This document shows, in pieces, positions 10,412 through 20,759 of a DNA stretch of 64,000 bases. The stretch spans positions 30,841 to 94,840 of the forward strand of contig CBDCXW010000003.1 of assembly GCA_965223945.1 (NCBI GenBank). Reading direction: 5' to 3'. Origin of the DNA: Dehalococcoidia bacterium. GTDB lineage: Bacteria > Chloroflexota > Dehalococcoidia > Lucifugimonadales > CATQGZ01. Below the pieces are notes generated by a model. That model was not told the DNA's origin and did not search any database. It saw nothing but the letters and a program-made list of their open reading frames with translations. Both the position numbers and the translations under genes were made by a program. Each line of letters begins with the position of its first letter. Positions within the stretch are counted from its first letter, which is position 1.

Positions 10412-11125
10412 CTAGCGCCACCTTCGAGATTCGAGAGACCGCGCCGTCAGGAACAGGAACACCGCCGCGATACTTACGTAGTAGGCCACGTTGCTTGTGT
10501 CGATGACACCCCGCTGGAAGTCGAGCAGGTGGTCGTTCATCGAGAATCCAAGAAGCACTTCCTGGGTGATCCCGGAGACGAGGTCTGCCACCTCGTCTAT
10601 GAAGGAGAACGTCAGCAGTGCGGCGGTGCCCACGGCGGCCGACACGATCTGGTTGCCGGTAAGCGACGAGGCCAGGAGGCCTACTGCCAGAGCGGCGGAC
10701 CCATGCAGGAGCACTCCGATGTACGCGCTGAATATGGGGCCGGTGTCGGGGTCCCCAAACCAGAAGAGCAGGATCACGTAGTACAGCGTGAGCGCCATGA
10801 TGACTACATAGAGCCCCAGAACGGCCAGATACTTACCGATCACGACCTCCCAGTCTCGAACTGGAGCGGTCAGCAGCAACTCCAGCGTACCGAGCTTCTG
10901 CTCCTCCGCGAGCAGCCTCATCGTGAGAAGGGGAGCCAGGAACAGCGTGAAGAAGCTGGCCCAGTTTATGAAGCCGCGGACGCTGGCCTCGGCGAACGGG
11001 GCCGTGATGTCGTTGACGAAGAAGATGCCGGTCAGCACCAGGAACATGGCGCTGACGATGTACGCGGTCGGAGTCGTAAAGAAGGCCTTGGACTCCTTCC
11101 AGGCGATTGCGGCCGTGTTCTTCAT
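10412..11125 (-). CDS. ABC-2 permease (GldF-like)
   Basis: PLLTMRLLAEEQKLGTLELLLTAP; start MKNTAAIAWKE. Confidence 0.88.
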   Translation of the reverse strand: MKNTAAIAWKESKAFFTTPTAYIVSAMFLVLTGIFFVNDITAPFAEASVRGFINWASFFTLFLAPLLTMRLLAEEQKLGTLELLLTAPVRDWEVVIGKYLAVLGLYVVIMALTLYYVILLFWFGDPDTGPIFSAYIGVLLHGSAALAVGLLASSLTGNQIVSAAVGTAALLTFSFIDEVADLVSGITQEVLLGFSMNDHLLDFQRGVIDTSNVAYYVSIAAVFLFLTARSLESRRWR

Positions 11126-12072
11126 GCTGTCTCCAGCTCTTCGCTCATCGTGAGGTTCAGGAATATCTCTTCGAGGGTCATGCCGATCGAGCGGATGGTC
11201 AGGAGGTCCCAGCCGCGGCCCACCACGGTGGAAGCAATCTCCGCCCTTGCGTCGGAGCCGGCCAAGGTGTCCACGTGGAAGGAGAGGAAGCCCGGATCCG
11301 CGGGCGTCCTGGTCATTACGCCGGTGACGTCCTCGATCGATTCGATGATTCGCACCGCTTCGTCCTGTGGCGCCCTTATCTCCAGCTCGATGCGCTCCGA
11401 ACCCCGGAGACGGGTGCTGAGGTTCTCGGGGGCATCGACGGCTACGATCTCGCCCTCGTGAATGATGATGACCCGCTGGCACAACGTGCTGACTTCGGGA
11501 AGTATGTGCGTGCTTACGATCACCGTATGGTCGCCCGCAAGGTTCTTGATCAGCTGGCGGGTCTCCACCACCTGGATGGGGTCGATTCCTATGGTGGGCT
11601 CGTCGAGGATCAGGACTTCGGGCTCGTGCAGGATCGCCTGGGCGATCCCGACGCGCTGGCGGAAGCCCTTAGACAGCTTGCTGATGTGGCTGCTCTGGTA
11701 CTCCTCCAGCCGGCAGATGTCGATCACATCACCAACGCGCGATCGTATCCGGTCGCGTGTCATCCCTCTGATGGTGCCCATGAAGCCGAGATACTCCTCG
11801 ACAGTCATGTCGGTGTAGAGGGGGACGGTCTCCGGGAGGTAGCCTATGTGCCTGCGGGCCACGAGGGACTGGGAAACTATGTCGTACCCCGCGACTGTCA
11901 CCTTGCCGCTGCTCGGCGGCATGTATCCGGTGATAATCTTCATCGTCGTGGTCTTCCCGGCCCCGTTGGGACCGAGGAATCCCAAGACCTCGCCCGGCTC
12001 CACGCGGAAAGAGATGCCGGTGATCGCCGGGAAGTCGCCGAAGTTCTTGGTAACGTTCTCTAGCTCGATCAT
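11122..12072 (-). CDS. ABC ATP-binding protein (GldA-like)
   Basis: GPNGAGKT, LSKGFRQRVG, ILDEPT, STH. Confidence 0.95.
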   Translation of the reverse strand: MIELENVTKNFGDFPAITGISFRVEPGEVLGFLGPNGAGKTTTMKIITGYMPPSSGKVTVAGYDIVSQSLVARRHIGYLPETVPLYTDMTVEEYLGFMGTIRGMTRDRIRSRVGDVIDICRLEEYQSSHISKLSKGFRQRVGIAQAILHEPEVLILDEPTIGIDPIQVVETRQLIKNLAGDHTVIVSTHILPEVSTLCQRVIIIHEGEIVAVDAPENLSTRLRGSERIELEIRAPQDEAVRIIESIEDVTGVMTRTPADPGFLSFHVDTLAGSDARAEIASTVVGRGWDLLTIRSIGMTLEEIFLNLTMSEELETA

Positions 12073-12450
12073 GCCTCAGTCAGCAAACCGGGATTAGACC
12101 ACACAGCCTAATCCCAGTAACGTGTTCCTCTACATTAACGTTAGGAAAGACCAATAGATTCGCAAAGGCAACAGTCCCGTGAGAGGACTGCCGGTGAGAT
12201 TCTAACCCATCGCCACAGCGGGTTCAAGCTGTTGGGTACCTCCAAAATCCCACACCTGCGACATAGGGTCTTCGCCCATCGGCCCCGTCAACAAGAGGCT
12301 ACGGCGACATTGGCAATGGCAATAAGCCTCACCCGCTTCGTAAAGACTTCCAGTAAAGACCTCGAACGGGGTGCCGCGTGTGTGAGGGTGTCCCTCACTT
12401 AGAAATCTTCCTCATTCTTCTCCCGAGAAGGTGAGTGGGACAGACGGACA

Positions 12451-12702
12451 GAGGCTTGACAAACAGAACGCCTGTCCGCATAATGGGAGCCAATCCAGGC
12501 GCCGAGGCTGAAGCCCGAACCCGGGAATGGGGAATGAGACAAATGGCACAAAATGAGGCAGTTTCCCAGAAGGTCGCGGCTCCGCCCCGAATAAACCGGC
12601 CCGGATTAGCTACGAATCTAGTGTCCCACAATCGTCCGAGTTCGTTCCTTATCCGTCCCAGAATCTCCGTTGCGTGTCCCGGAGGCGTCTCGCCGGTGTC
12701 AC
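12451..12702 (+). repeat. Non-coding element: sigma70 promoter with LexA-like box plus 11-bp-phased YGTCYC array (copy 1)
   Basis: TTGACA(12456)-17-CATAAT(12479) with AGAAC-GCCT-GTCCG; array units at about 12622, 12633, 12643, 12654, 12675, 12686, 12697; homologous to 46642-46877. Confidence 0.75.
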
Positions 12703-13027
12703 TCTCACCCCAGTCCTTCCCGCTCCAATGGACGGATGGAAGCCTCTTTTCCCTGTCGGGACCCACAGGACAGTGGGCGCGCGCCTGTCGCAATATTGCT
12801 GCGGGACCATCGCGTTTCTGCCGCATCTCTCTTGCAGAGGTGTCGAAAACCCGTTGACCAATTCTGAACCTCCAGCTATGGGGTCCCACAAAATGCAACA
12901 GTTTGCATCAATTTCGGCGAAACCCCAGGCACCCAGCTGGCTCGATCCAACCTTCATAGTACAGGTTTCGGCATGCTAAGATATGATTCGGCAGTATTCG
13001 AACGGACGAGAGACCCGGAAAACCGAC

Positions 13028-14227
13028 ATGGCCATATCCGCCTCTGAGAAACTGATCTACGTGGACCACGCCGCCACTACGCCGGTGCGTGAAGAGGTCC
13101 TGTCGGCGATGCTTCCCTACTTTTCAGGTGCGTTCGGCAATCCGTCGGGTCTGTACACCGTTGCGCAGGAGGCGCGCAAGGCTGTCGACGACTCCCGCGA
13201 GGCAGTTGCGCGGTGCCTGAGTGCCCGCATGAGCGAGGTCGTGTTCACCAGCGGCGGGACCGAGTCCGACAACGCCGCCGTAAAGGGCGTCGCCTTCGCG
13301 ATGCGGAACGTCGGCAAACACGTCATCACCACCGCCGTGGAGCACCACGCGGTCCTGCACGCATGCCACCAGCTGGAGCAGTTCGGCTTCGACGTCACAT
13401 ACCTTCCAGTGGATGAGTACGGCCTCGTGGACCCGGACGACGTCGGACGCGCGATCACAGATCAGACCGTGCTGGTAAGCGTGATGCTCGCCAACAACGA
13501 AATCGGCACAGTCCAGCCGATTTCCGACATATCGCGGGTCGTGAAGGCCGAGGCGGCCAGGCGCGGGCAGACGATCACCATGCACACAGACGCTGTACAG
13601 GGCGGCACCTTCCTGGACCTGGACGTCAAGGTCCTGGGAGTGGACATGCTCAGCCTCTCCGCGCACAAGTTCTACGGCCCAAAAGGGGTGGGGGCACTCT
13701 ACGTCCGACGCGGGACGCCGTTCGAGCCCCTGCAGATCGGCGGCGGACAGGAGCGACAGCGCCGATCAGGCACGGAGAACGTGCCGGGCATTGTCGGAAT
13801 GGCAGAGGCCCTGAGACTGGCGGCCGAAGACAGGGAGAGCGAGTCAAAGCGCTTGGCAGGCCTTCGAGATAAGATCGCAGCCGGGATAGGGCAGGCTGTA
13901 GAGGATGTCTACTTCAACGGTCACCCCACCCACCGGCTCCCGAACAATGTCAATGTCTCCTTCAAAGGCGTCGAGGGCGAGCCAGTGCTCCTCGGACTGG
14001 ACTTTGCCGGGATCAGCGCCTCCAGCGGCAGCGCCTGCTCGTCGGCCTCCCTGGAGCCCTCCCACGTATTGCTGGCGATCGGCAGGTCCGCTGACGTAGC
14101 GCAGGGAAGTCTCAGGATTACTCTCGGGCGTGACAACACCGAGGATGACGCCGACTATCTGCTCTCGGTGCTTCCGGAAATCGTTGGCAAGCTCCGGGCG
14201 ATGCCGTCACTCTCGGCTGTGGGGTAG
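13028..14227 (+). CDS. iscS: Cysteine desulfurase
   Basis: [37 protein letters not shown]. Confidence 0.93.
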   Translation: MAISASEKLIYVDHAATTPVREEVLSAMLPYFSGAFGNPSGLYTVAQEARKAVDDSREAVARCLSARMSEVVFTSGGTESDNAAVKGVAFAMRNVGKHVITTAVEHHAVLHACHQLEQFGFDVTYLPVDEYGLVDPDDVGRAITDQTVLVSVMLANNEIGTVQPISDISRVVKAEAARRGQTITMHTDAVQGGTFLDLDVKVLGVDMLSLSAHKFYGPKGVGALYVRRGTPFEPLQIGGGQERQRRSGTENVPGIVGMAEALRLAAEDRESESKRLAGLRDKIAAGIGQAVEDVYFNGHPTHRLPNNVNVSFKGVEGEPVLLGLDFAGISASSGSACSSASLEPSHVLLAIGRSADVAQGSLRITLGRDNTEDDADYLLSVLPEIVGKLRAMPSLSAVG

Positions 14228-14235
14228 GGGAAACC

Positions 14236-14811
14236 ATGAAATCTGGACCATCCAACATCAGGTCGCTCAAACGCGCCTCTCTTTTTGGCGTGTGGACTAT
14301 GCTTGCGATCGCGCTGTCCTTGCTGACGGCCGCGTGCGGAGGCGACGACGACCGATCAGTTGCCAAGGGCAGGCAGCTGCACTTCATCGCCGAGCAGCCA
14401 AGAGTCGCCGAGAAGGTAATATTCACCGACGGGAACGACAACCGGTGGGTAATCAGGCCGAAGGCGTCGAACCGGCAGATAGCCGTCGTCGAGCTGACGA
14501 TCGCAAACTTCTCCACGACCGTGGCCTCCTTGCTGCTCAACGAGTCCGCCGCACTGCTGGGCGACCGCCGCAGTGACAGGATCGAGCCTATCAACCCCTT
14601 CGAGTCGGCCTCCCCGGCCGATGGCGACGAGAGGGGAGCCCTCGTGCTCGATGGTCAGTTCCTGTGGGGGCTGGTGGAGCTCGAGAAAGACCGCCAGATA
14701 GAGGGCGCCTTCATATTCGATGTCCCTAAGGGCTTGATCCTTGGCACACTATGGTGGGAACAGACGGACACGGTCTCGCTTGACTTCGTCGACTATCAGA
14801 GAAACCGCTAG
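14236..14811 (+). CDS. Hypothetical lipoprotein
   Basis: Hydrophobic leader ending LTAAC; Ig-like beta pattern. Confidence 0.6.
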   Translation: MKSGPSNIRSLKRASLFGVWTMLAIALSLLTAACGGDDDRSVAKGRQLHFIAEQPRVAEKVIFTDGNDNRWVIRPKASNRQIAVVELTIANFSTTVASLLLNESAALLGDRRSDRIEPINPFESASPADGDERGALVLDGQFLWGLVELEKDRQIEGAFIFDVPKGLILGTLWWEQTDTVSLDFVDYQRNR

Positions 14812-14898
14812 TCGAGGTAGGGACCGTAGTGGCGGGCCGCGGGGACGCAGCCACCCGGAGTTAGAGAGAGCAAACCCCAATACTTGACGGAGGGACAA

Positions 14899-15225
14899 GT
14901 GGCACACCCGCAGGAAGTGACCGATTCCGATTTCGAAGACCAGGTACTGAACGCCGATACGCCCGTCCTGGTGGACTTCTGGGCCGATTGGTGCGCGCCG
15001 TGCAAGATGATCGCGCCCATCGTCGACCAGCTGGCAGAGGAGTACGACGGTCAGGTGAAGTTCGCCAAGCTCGACGTCGATTCCAACCCGAAGGCGCCGA
15101 TGACGTACGGCGTGAGAGGCATTCCCACTCTGCTGATCTTCAAGGGCGGGCAGCCCGTCGACCAGGTCGTCGGCGCGGTCCCCAAGTCGACGCTGAAGAG
15201 CCGCATAGAGGCCGCGATAGCCTGA
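14899..15225 (+). CDS. trxA: Thioredoxin
   Basis: DFWADWCAPCK, GIPTL; GTG start after GGAGG. Confidence 0.95.
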   Translation: MAHPQEVTDSDFEDQVLNADTPVLVDFWADWCAPCKMIAPIVDQLAEEYDGQVKFAKLDVDSNPKAPMTYGVRGIPTLLIFKGGQPVDQVVGAVPKSTLKSRIEAAIA

Positions 15226-15419
15226 CGTTCTTCGCAGAGCCTACTTGGGACCAGAGGCCTGCCAGGCCCAAGAACGGGGTGTGCAGAGGGGCAGGGCCCC
15301 TTTGCCGGGAGTCCGAGGATACCCCTCAGGCACATAAGCTCTCCCCTTCCTAAGGAAGAGCCGATTTGCTCTCGAAGGCGGCGCACGCACGTCGAATCGA
15401 ACAACCTGGGAGGCAGGTC

Positions 15420-15731
15420 ATGACCCATCCCAAACCGGTTAGGATCACGGTTATCAAGAAGACCTTCAACCAGGACTTCGTCGATCAGTACACCGAGGGC
15501 GTCAAGTGGGAGCCCAGGGGGTGCTGCCACGATTTCGAGGTCGGCCAGGAGTTCATCAGCGACGGCCACATGCCTGAAGGGTTCAGCGATTGGGCCTGGG
15601 CCGACATACAGAAGTACGTCATGACCCTGGCAAGGGGCGGCAACATGGTCGGCGTCAAGCCCGGCGTATTCATAACCGCCTGCACGGACGGTTTCAGGCC
15701 CGTCTTCTACAAGCTAGAGCGCATGGAGTAG
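15420..15731 (+). CDS. Small Cys-containing protein (TIGR04076-like)
   Basis: CCHDFEVGQEF...PEGFSDWAW...ACTDGFRPVFYKLER. Confidence 0.75.
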   Translation: MTHPKPVRITVIKKTFNQDFVDQYTEGVKWEPRGCCHDFEVGQEFISDGHMPEGFSDWAWADIQKYVMTLARGGNMVGVKPGVFITACTDGFRPVFYKLERME

Positions 15732-15737
15732 CGGCCG

Positions 15738-16129
15738 CACCGGCAAGGTGCCTTCATGGCCTCATATGCAGTCTGCCACACCGCCTGTCCTGATCAGGCG
15801 GGTCTGGGGCAACTCTGAGTCTTGTATCCGCCTTCGGCGCTTGAGTACAATGCCGCCCGTGCATGCGGGGGTGGCCGTTTGACCGGTCGAGCGCTGTCTA
15901 ATCTCACGGTTGTCCCCGCCTTCGTCATTCCCGCGAAAGCGGGAATCCATCACCGGCAAGGTGCCCTCATGGCCTCATATGCAGTCTGCCGCGCTGCCTG
16001 TCCTGATCAGGCGGCGGATCTGGGGCATCTTTAGGCCTTGTATCCGCCTTCGGCGCTTGAGTACAATGCCGCCGAGTCTGCGGGGGTGGCCGTTTGACCG
16101 GTCGAGCGCTGTCTAATCTCACGGTTGTC
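15738..16129 (+). repeat. Diverged tandem duplication (~177 bp) of promoter plus first 12 codons of CoA-transferase, separated by a REP hairpin
   Basis: 15738-15914 vs 15951-16129; GTCATTCCCGCGAAAGCGGGAATCC between them. Confidence 0.9.
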
Positions 16130-18517
16130 GAGTACAGCTGCGGAGTTGCGGGCGCTTTATGCGCCAAGGCATTCGGCGACCTCGGAGCGAACGTCATCAA
16201 GGTGGAGCCGCCGGAGGGGGATCCGACCCGGCTCTTCGGGCCTTTTCCCGGAGACCGGCCCAACATAGAGTCCGGCGGCCGGTTCATATACCTCAACGCC
16301 AACAAACGCGGCGTCGTACTGGACCTGACTTCTGCCCAGGACAGGGAGAGACTGGCCCGGCTGCTGGCTTCCGCGGACGTGTTCGTAACTGATCTCTCGA
16401 GGCTTCGCGCCATCGAGCTGGGGCTGAGTTACGAGACTCTGGGTCCCGCGCATCCCGGCCTGGTAGCTGCCTACATAACCCCGTTCGGCCTGACCGGGCC
16501 GTACCGAGACTACAAGGGGCCGGACCTGGTCACCTACCACATGGGCGGGCTTGGATACGAGACACCGTGGTTCTCGGTGACCGACCCGGAGAGCGAGTAC
16601 CCGTTGCGGGCGGGTGGGTACCAATCGGAGTACCTAGCCGGCTGGTCAGCGGCACTGGCCACGATGATCGCGGTGTTCTACAAGGACGCCTACGGCTGCG
16701 GACAGATGGTGGACGTGTCCGCCCTGGAGGCCGTCTCCGACCACATCAGGGCCAACTTCGCTCTGTTCTCCCACGAAATCTCGGAGTTGCCGGAGAGTCG
16801 ATTGAAGAGCAACCTCCCATGGATATGGGAGTGCGGAGACGGCTACGTGTCGATGTCGTTCGTTCTGCAGAACTGGTGGGACGCTCTGAAGGAGCTGATG
16901 GGAAACCCCGATTGGACCGCGAGCGAAGAGTACGCCGACGCGAAAGAGCTCGTCGCCAGGGCTGACGACGCCGCACCGCTGGTCGCAAAGTGGTTCAGGC
17001 AGTACACCCGCCGGGAGCTGTTCGACATGCTCCAGGCGAGAGAGGTGCCGTGCTTCCCTGTCTACACCGTCGGGGAAGTTATGGCCTCTGAGCATTACGC
17101 CGAGAGAGAGTTCTTCGCCCTGCAGCGCCACCCGGTGGTCGGGGACGTCTTGCAGCCTGGCCCGCCAGTCGGAATGCGGGGAACTCCGTGGAGCCTGGAG
17201 CGGCCCGCGCCATTGCTCGGACAGCATACCGAGGAGGTGTTCAGAGACTCCGGAGTCCGACCCTCAGAGGCCGTCCGCCCGGAGCGCGACCCCGACGGGC
17301 CACGAAACAGACCTCTGGAGGGCATCAGAGTCCTCGACTTCGGATGGATACTGTCGGTGCCGCACTGCACTCAGTGGCTGGGCAGCATGGGAGCCGAGGT
17401 ACTTCGAGTCGCGTCAAACGCCCACATGGAGGCAGGCCGCACGGGGGATCGGGCCAGCACCGACGGCATCGGCGGGGTCAACCGCGCCGGGGCCTGGAAC
17501 GGGAACAACTACAGCAAGCTCGGGCTGACGCTCAACCTCAAGGAGCCCAGAGCGGTCGATCTGGTCATGGATCTGGCCGCGAAGTGCGACGTAGTAGCCG
17601 AGAACTTCGCGCCAGGCGTGATGAACAGGCTTGGCCTGGGATACGAGGCGATTAGGGAGGCGAATCCGAGCATCATCTATCTCAGCGGTACCACGCTGGG
17701 CGCCGACGGGCCAGACTTCAAGGCGACAGGATGGGGCCCCAACACGCTATCGTACGGCGGCCTGACCTGGCTGACGGGGTACGAGGGCGGCGCGCCCGTG
17801 CAAGCCGGAGGCAACCTGCCGGACTATGTAATCGGCACGATTATGGCCTTCCACGTGCTGAGCGCCATATCGCATCGTCGCCGGACTGGCCAGGGACAGT
17901 TCATCGAGATGTCGATGGCCGAGGCGGTGAGCACCTTCATTCCGGAAACGTTCATGGATTTCGTCATGAACGGGCGCGAGGCTGGGCGAATGGGCAATCA
18001 CGTTTCCGAGATGTCGCCTCACGCCGTCTATCCGGCAGAGGGCCACGACCAGTGGGTGGCGATCGCCGTCGCGAACGACGAGGAGTGGCGCGCCATGTGC
18101 GAGGCGGCAGCCCACCCCGAGTGGCTCTCCGACCCAAGGTTCGCCACGCTCGATGACAGGAAGCGGAACGAGAAAGAGCTCGACCGCCTCATTGGAGAAT
18201 GGACAGCCAATCATCCGCCCGACCGGATAATGCACATCCTGCAGGGAGCAGGCGTTGCCGCAGGACCGGTTATGAGCACGTTCGACCTGCTCGGAGACCC
18301 GCACTTCATCGAACGGGGATTCGTCATCGAGCTCGACCATCCAGAGGTCGGTAGGCGCGCGGTCGCCGGGCTCCCGGCGAAGTTCAGCGCCATCCCGGAC
18401 CCGGCGTGGTTCCCGGCGCCTCTACTGGGCCAGCACAACGGCTATGTCTTCAGGGACCTGCTGGGACTGGACGAAGAGGAGATCAGCCGCCTGATGGCTG
18501 AGAAGGTCATCTACTGA
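16094..18517 (+). CDS. Tandem two-domain family III CoA-transferase (CaiB/BaiF)
   Basis: Two units: DLGANVIKVEPP..NANKRGV and LEGIRVLDFG..ENFAPG; APLLGQH twice. Confidence 0.92.
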   Translation: MTGRALSNLTVVEYSCGVAGALCAKAFGDLGANVIKVEPPEGDPTRLFGPFPGDRPNIESGGRFIYLNANKRGVVLDLTSAQDRERLARLLASADVFVTDLSRLRAIELGLSYETLGPAHPGLVAAYITPFGLTGPYRDYKGPDLVTYHMGGLGYETPWFSVTDPESEYPLRAGGYQSEYLAGWSAALATMIAVFYKDAYGCGQMVDVSALEAVSDHIRANFALFSHEISELPESRLKSNLPWIWECGDGYVSMSFVLQNWWDALKELMGNPDWTASEEYADAKELVARADDAAPLVAKWFRQYTRRELFDMLQAREVPCFPVYTVGEVMASEHYAEREFFALQRHPVVGDVLQPGPPVGMRGTPWSLERPAPLLGQHTEEVFRDSGVRPSEAVRPERDPDGPRNRPLEGIRVLDFGWILSVPHCTQWLGSMGAEVLRVASNAHMEAGRTGDRASTDGIGGVNRAGAWNGNNYSKLGLTLNLKEPRAVDLVMDLAAKCDVVAENFAPGVMNRLGLGYEAIREANPSIIYLSGTTLGADGPDFKATGWGPNTLSYGGLTWLTGYEGGAPVQAGGNLPDYVIGTIMAFHVLSAISHRRRTGQGQFIEMSMAEAVSTFIPETFMDFVMNGREAGRMGNHVSEMSPHAVYPAEGHDQWVAIAVANDEEWRAMCEAAAHPEWLSDPRFATLDDRKRNEKELDRLIGEWTANHPPDRIMHILQGAGVAAGPVMSTFDLLGDPHFIERGFVIELDHPEVGRRAVAGLPAKFSAIPDPAWFPAPLLGQHNGYVFRDLLGLDEEEISRLMAEKVIY

Positions 18518-18550
18518 GACGTTTTTCCGCACCAGCGCGCGCGGAACACA

Positions 18551-19547
18551 CTAGTCGACCGGCACCACCGACAAGGGCTCCCCTCCCATCGCGACTCTGG
18601 CCGCGTTCTGTACCGCGAATGCGCGAGACTTCTCCCCGGCCTCCGGGACCGCCGACGAGCGGTGTGGCGTGATGACCACGTTGTCCATCCGGAGAAGCGG
18701 GTTGCCGGCGTCTGGCGGCTCGGGGTCAGTGACATCCAGCCCGGCGGCCATGATCGCACCGTCCCGGAGGGCGGTCACCAGGGCAGGCTCGTCTACCACG
18801 GGCCCACGGCATGTGTTGATGAGGATAGCAGACGGCTTCATCAGGCCAAGCTCCCGCTCGCCGATCATGCGTCGGGTGCTGTCCATGAGCGGTACGAGAA
18901 GCGCGACGACGTCGGAGGAGCCAAGAAGCTCGTCCAGCGTGACCCTTTTGAGACCCCACTCCCGCTCCATCCCGGGCGGGGCAGCGACCACGTCGTGGTA
19001 TAGCAGGTCGCACTTCCAGCCTTGCAGCCGGCGGGCGACCTCCTTGCCGATGTAGCCCAACCCGCTTGCCGATGTAGCCCAACCCGACGATACCAATCGT
19101 CTTGCCAGTGAGCTCATGCGCGGTGTAGGGCATGTCCTGCTCGATGTCTCTGCCCCAACCTCCAGCACGAACCGAGTAAAACAGCAGGTGGAGCTTGCGA
19201 TAGACGCTGAGCATGAGGGCGATGGTGTGCTCCGCAACCGCGTCGGCCTTGCCGCCGCCGTGGTTCGCCACCATTACACCCAGGGAGGTCAGCTCCCCGA
19301 GGTTCATCCGATCGGTTCCGGCTCCGGTGACCTGTACGAGCCTGAGGCTTCCCGCGGCCTCCACCAGCTCCCTCGGGACCGGATAGGACGGAGCGATGAG
19401 AGCGACGGCTCCCGCGATCTGCGCTGCCTGGTCTTCCAGGGAGGCGTTGGAATCGACCCACGCCACGCGGACGCCGTCCGGCGCGTCCCCGCGGTAGGCC
19501 TCCAGTTCGCTTTCGCTCGACGCCATCACGTGTATCGTCGGGGGCAA
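18551..19547 (-). pseudogene. D-2-hydroxyacid dehydrogenase, frameshifted
   Basis: Exact 22-bp tandem duplication 19043-19064/19065-19086 in GLGYIG; N and C halves in different frames. Confidence 0.85.
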
Positions 19548-19625
19548 TGGGGACCTCCTCCTGTTGGGCCGGACGCGATTATAGGTCTGGGGCTCCGGTT
19601 AGGCAAGGTCGTGTCGGTCCTGGTG

Positions 19626-20193
19626 CAGGGCAATCGCATTTTGACATTGGCTCGCCTTCGGTGAGCGAGCCGGAGACGGCGAGGTGAGGCAGTGCCTGGC
19701 GCTGCTCGACGGAAAATTCTCCAGATGTGTCTCACTTGTTATCATTTATGGTGATTTCATAGCTGGGCGTCGAGATTTGGCGAGACACTTGCGAGACGTT
19801 CGCGAGACACTTGTGAGACACCTGTGAGACAGTGTTGCCGACAGGTACGGTGATGGTCCAACCGCAGAGTACGCAGAGAGCGCAGAGAGAGCGTCGGTGG
19901 TTGGCATAGGGAGGACCGTAGCACATGTGTGCGGGTCTGTCAAATGTCTGAACTGTGATCGAGGACCGAGAACAGCCTCCATTGGGTCTTGGACATGGCC
20001 TTCGATGAGGACCGGAGCAGGGGTCAGGACTGGCAATGCGGACCAGAATTTGGCGGTCGTCAGGCATATGGCGGTGAACATGCTCAAACAGGAAACAACC
20101 GCAAAGGTCGGTATCAAGGCCAAGCGGAAGAAGGCCGGATGGGACTATGACTACTTGCTCAAGGACCTCTCTACTTAAAATGCGATTGCCCTG
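19626..20193 (+). mobile_element. Non-autonomous ISAs1-ended cassette with transposase 3' remnant and GAGAC array
   Basis: 17-bp perfect TIR CAGGGCAATCGCATTTT; 10-bp TSD GGTCCTGGTG (19616-19625, 20194-20203); remnant NLAVVRHMAVNMLKQE...KRKKAGWD.DYL. Confidence 0.88.
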
Positions 20194-20226
20194 GGTCCTG
20201 GTGCCGTGTGCTAGAATCCGGCGAGC

Positions 20227-20757
20227 ATGACGACCACGATAGCCGTCGTTTCGGATACCCACTGCTTGGAGTGGGAAGAGGTCCATCCGGGTATCAGGGC
20301 CGCGATCTCGGAGGCCGATATCGCCGTCCACTGTGGTGACTTCACCAAGATGAGCGTGGTGGAGGGTATGCGCCGCGGAGCCCGCCGCGCGGTGCTGGTC
20401 CACGGCAACTCGGACCCGGTTGAAGTCCGAAGGGCATTGCCGCCGTTCGAGGTCTTTCAAGTGGACGGCGTGCGCATCGGCGCCACGCATCCGGCATGGG
20501 GCGGACCGCCATTCGGGCTCGACGAGCTTCTCCAGGACTTCGAGAGTCCCCTGGACGTGGTCCTGTTCGGGCATCTGCACGAGACATGCGACGAGATGCG
20601 CGACGATGTGCTCTTCGTCAGCCCCGGCCAGGGGTACCGGTCGTTCATGGTGCCGGCGACAATCGCTGTCGTAACCGTCGAAGGGGGCATGGCGACGGCC
20701 GAGATACAGGTAATCGAAGCGGCGGAGGAACGCCGCAAACTGCGAAATGAGGTGTAA
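20227..20757 (+). CDS. Metallophosphoesterase (YfcE-like)
   Basis: SDTH, HCGD, GNSD, FGHLH, SPG. Confidence 0.9.
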   Translation: MTTTIAVVSDTHCLEWEEVHPGIRAAISEADIAVHCGDFTKMSVVEGMRRGARRAVLVHGNSDPVEVRRALPPFEVFQVDGVRIGATHPAWGGPPFGLDELLQDFESPLDVVLFGHLHETCDEMRDDVLFVSPGQGYRSFMVPATIAVVTVEGGMATAEIQVIEAAEERRKLRNEV

Positions 20758-20759
20758 GG

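Noticed and set aside
12100-12400. Riboswitch or ncRNA upstream of the Gld-like operon
   Set aside because: Only isolated hairpins; no recognisable aptamer consensus
19780-19835. CRISPR array (also 46796-46877)
   Set aside because: Units are 5-6 bp at an 11-bp period, with no spacer-sized sequences and no cas genes
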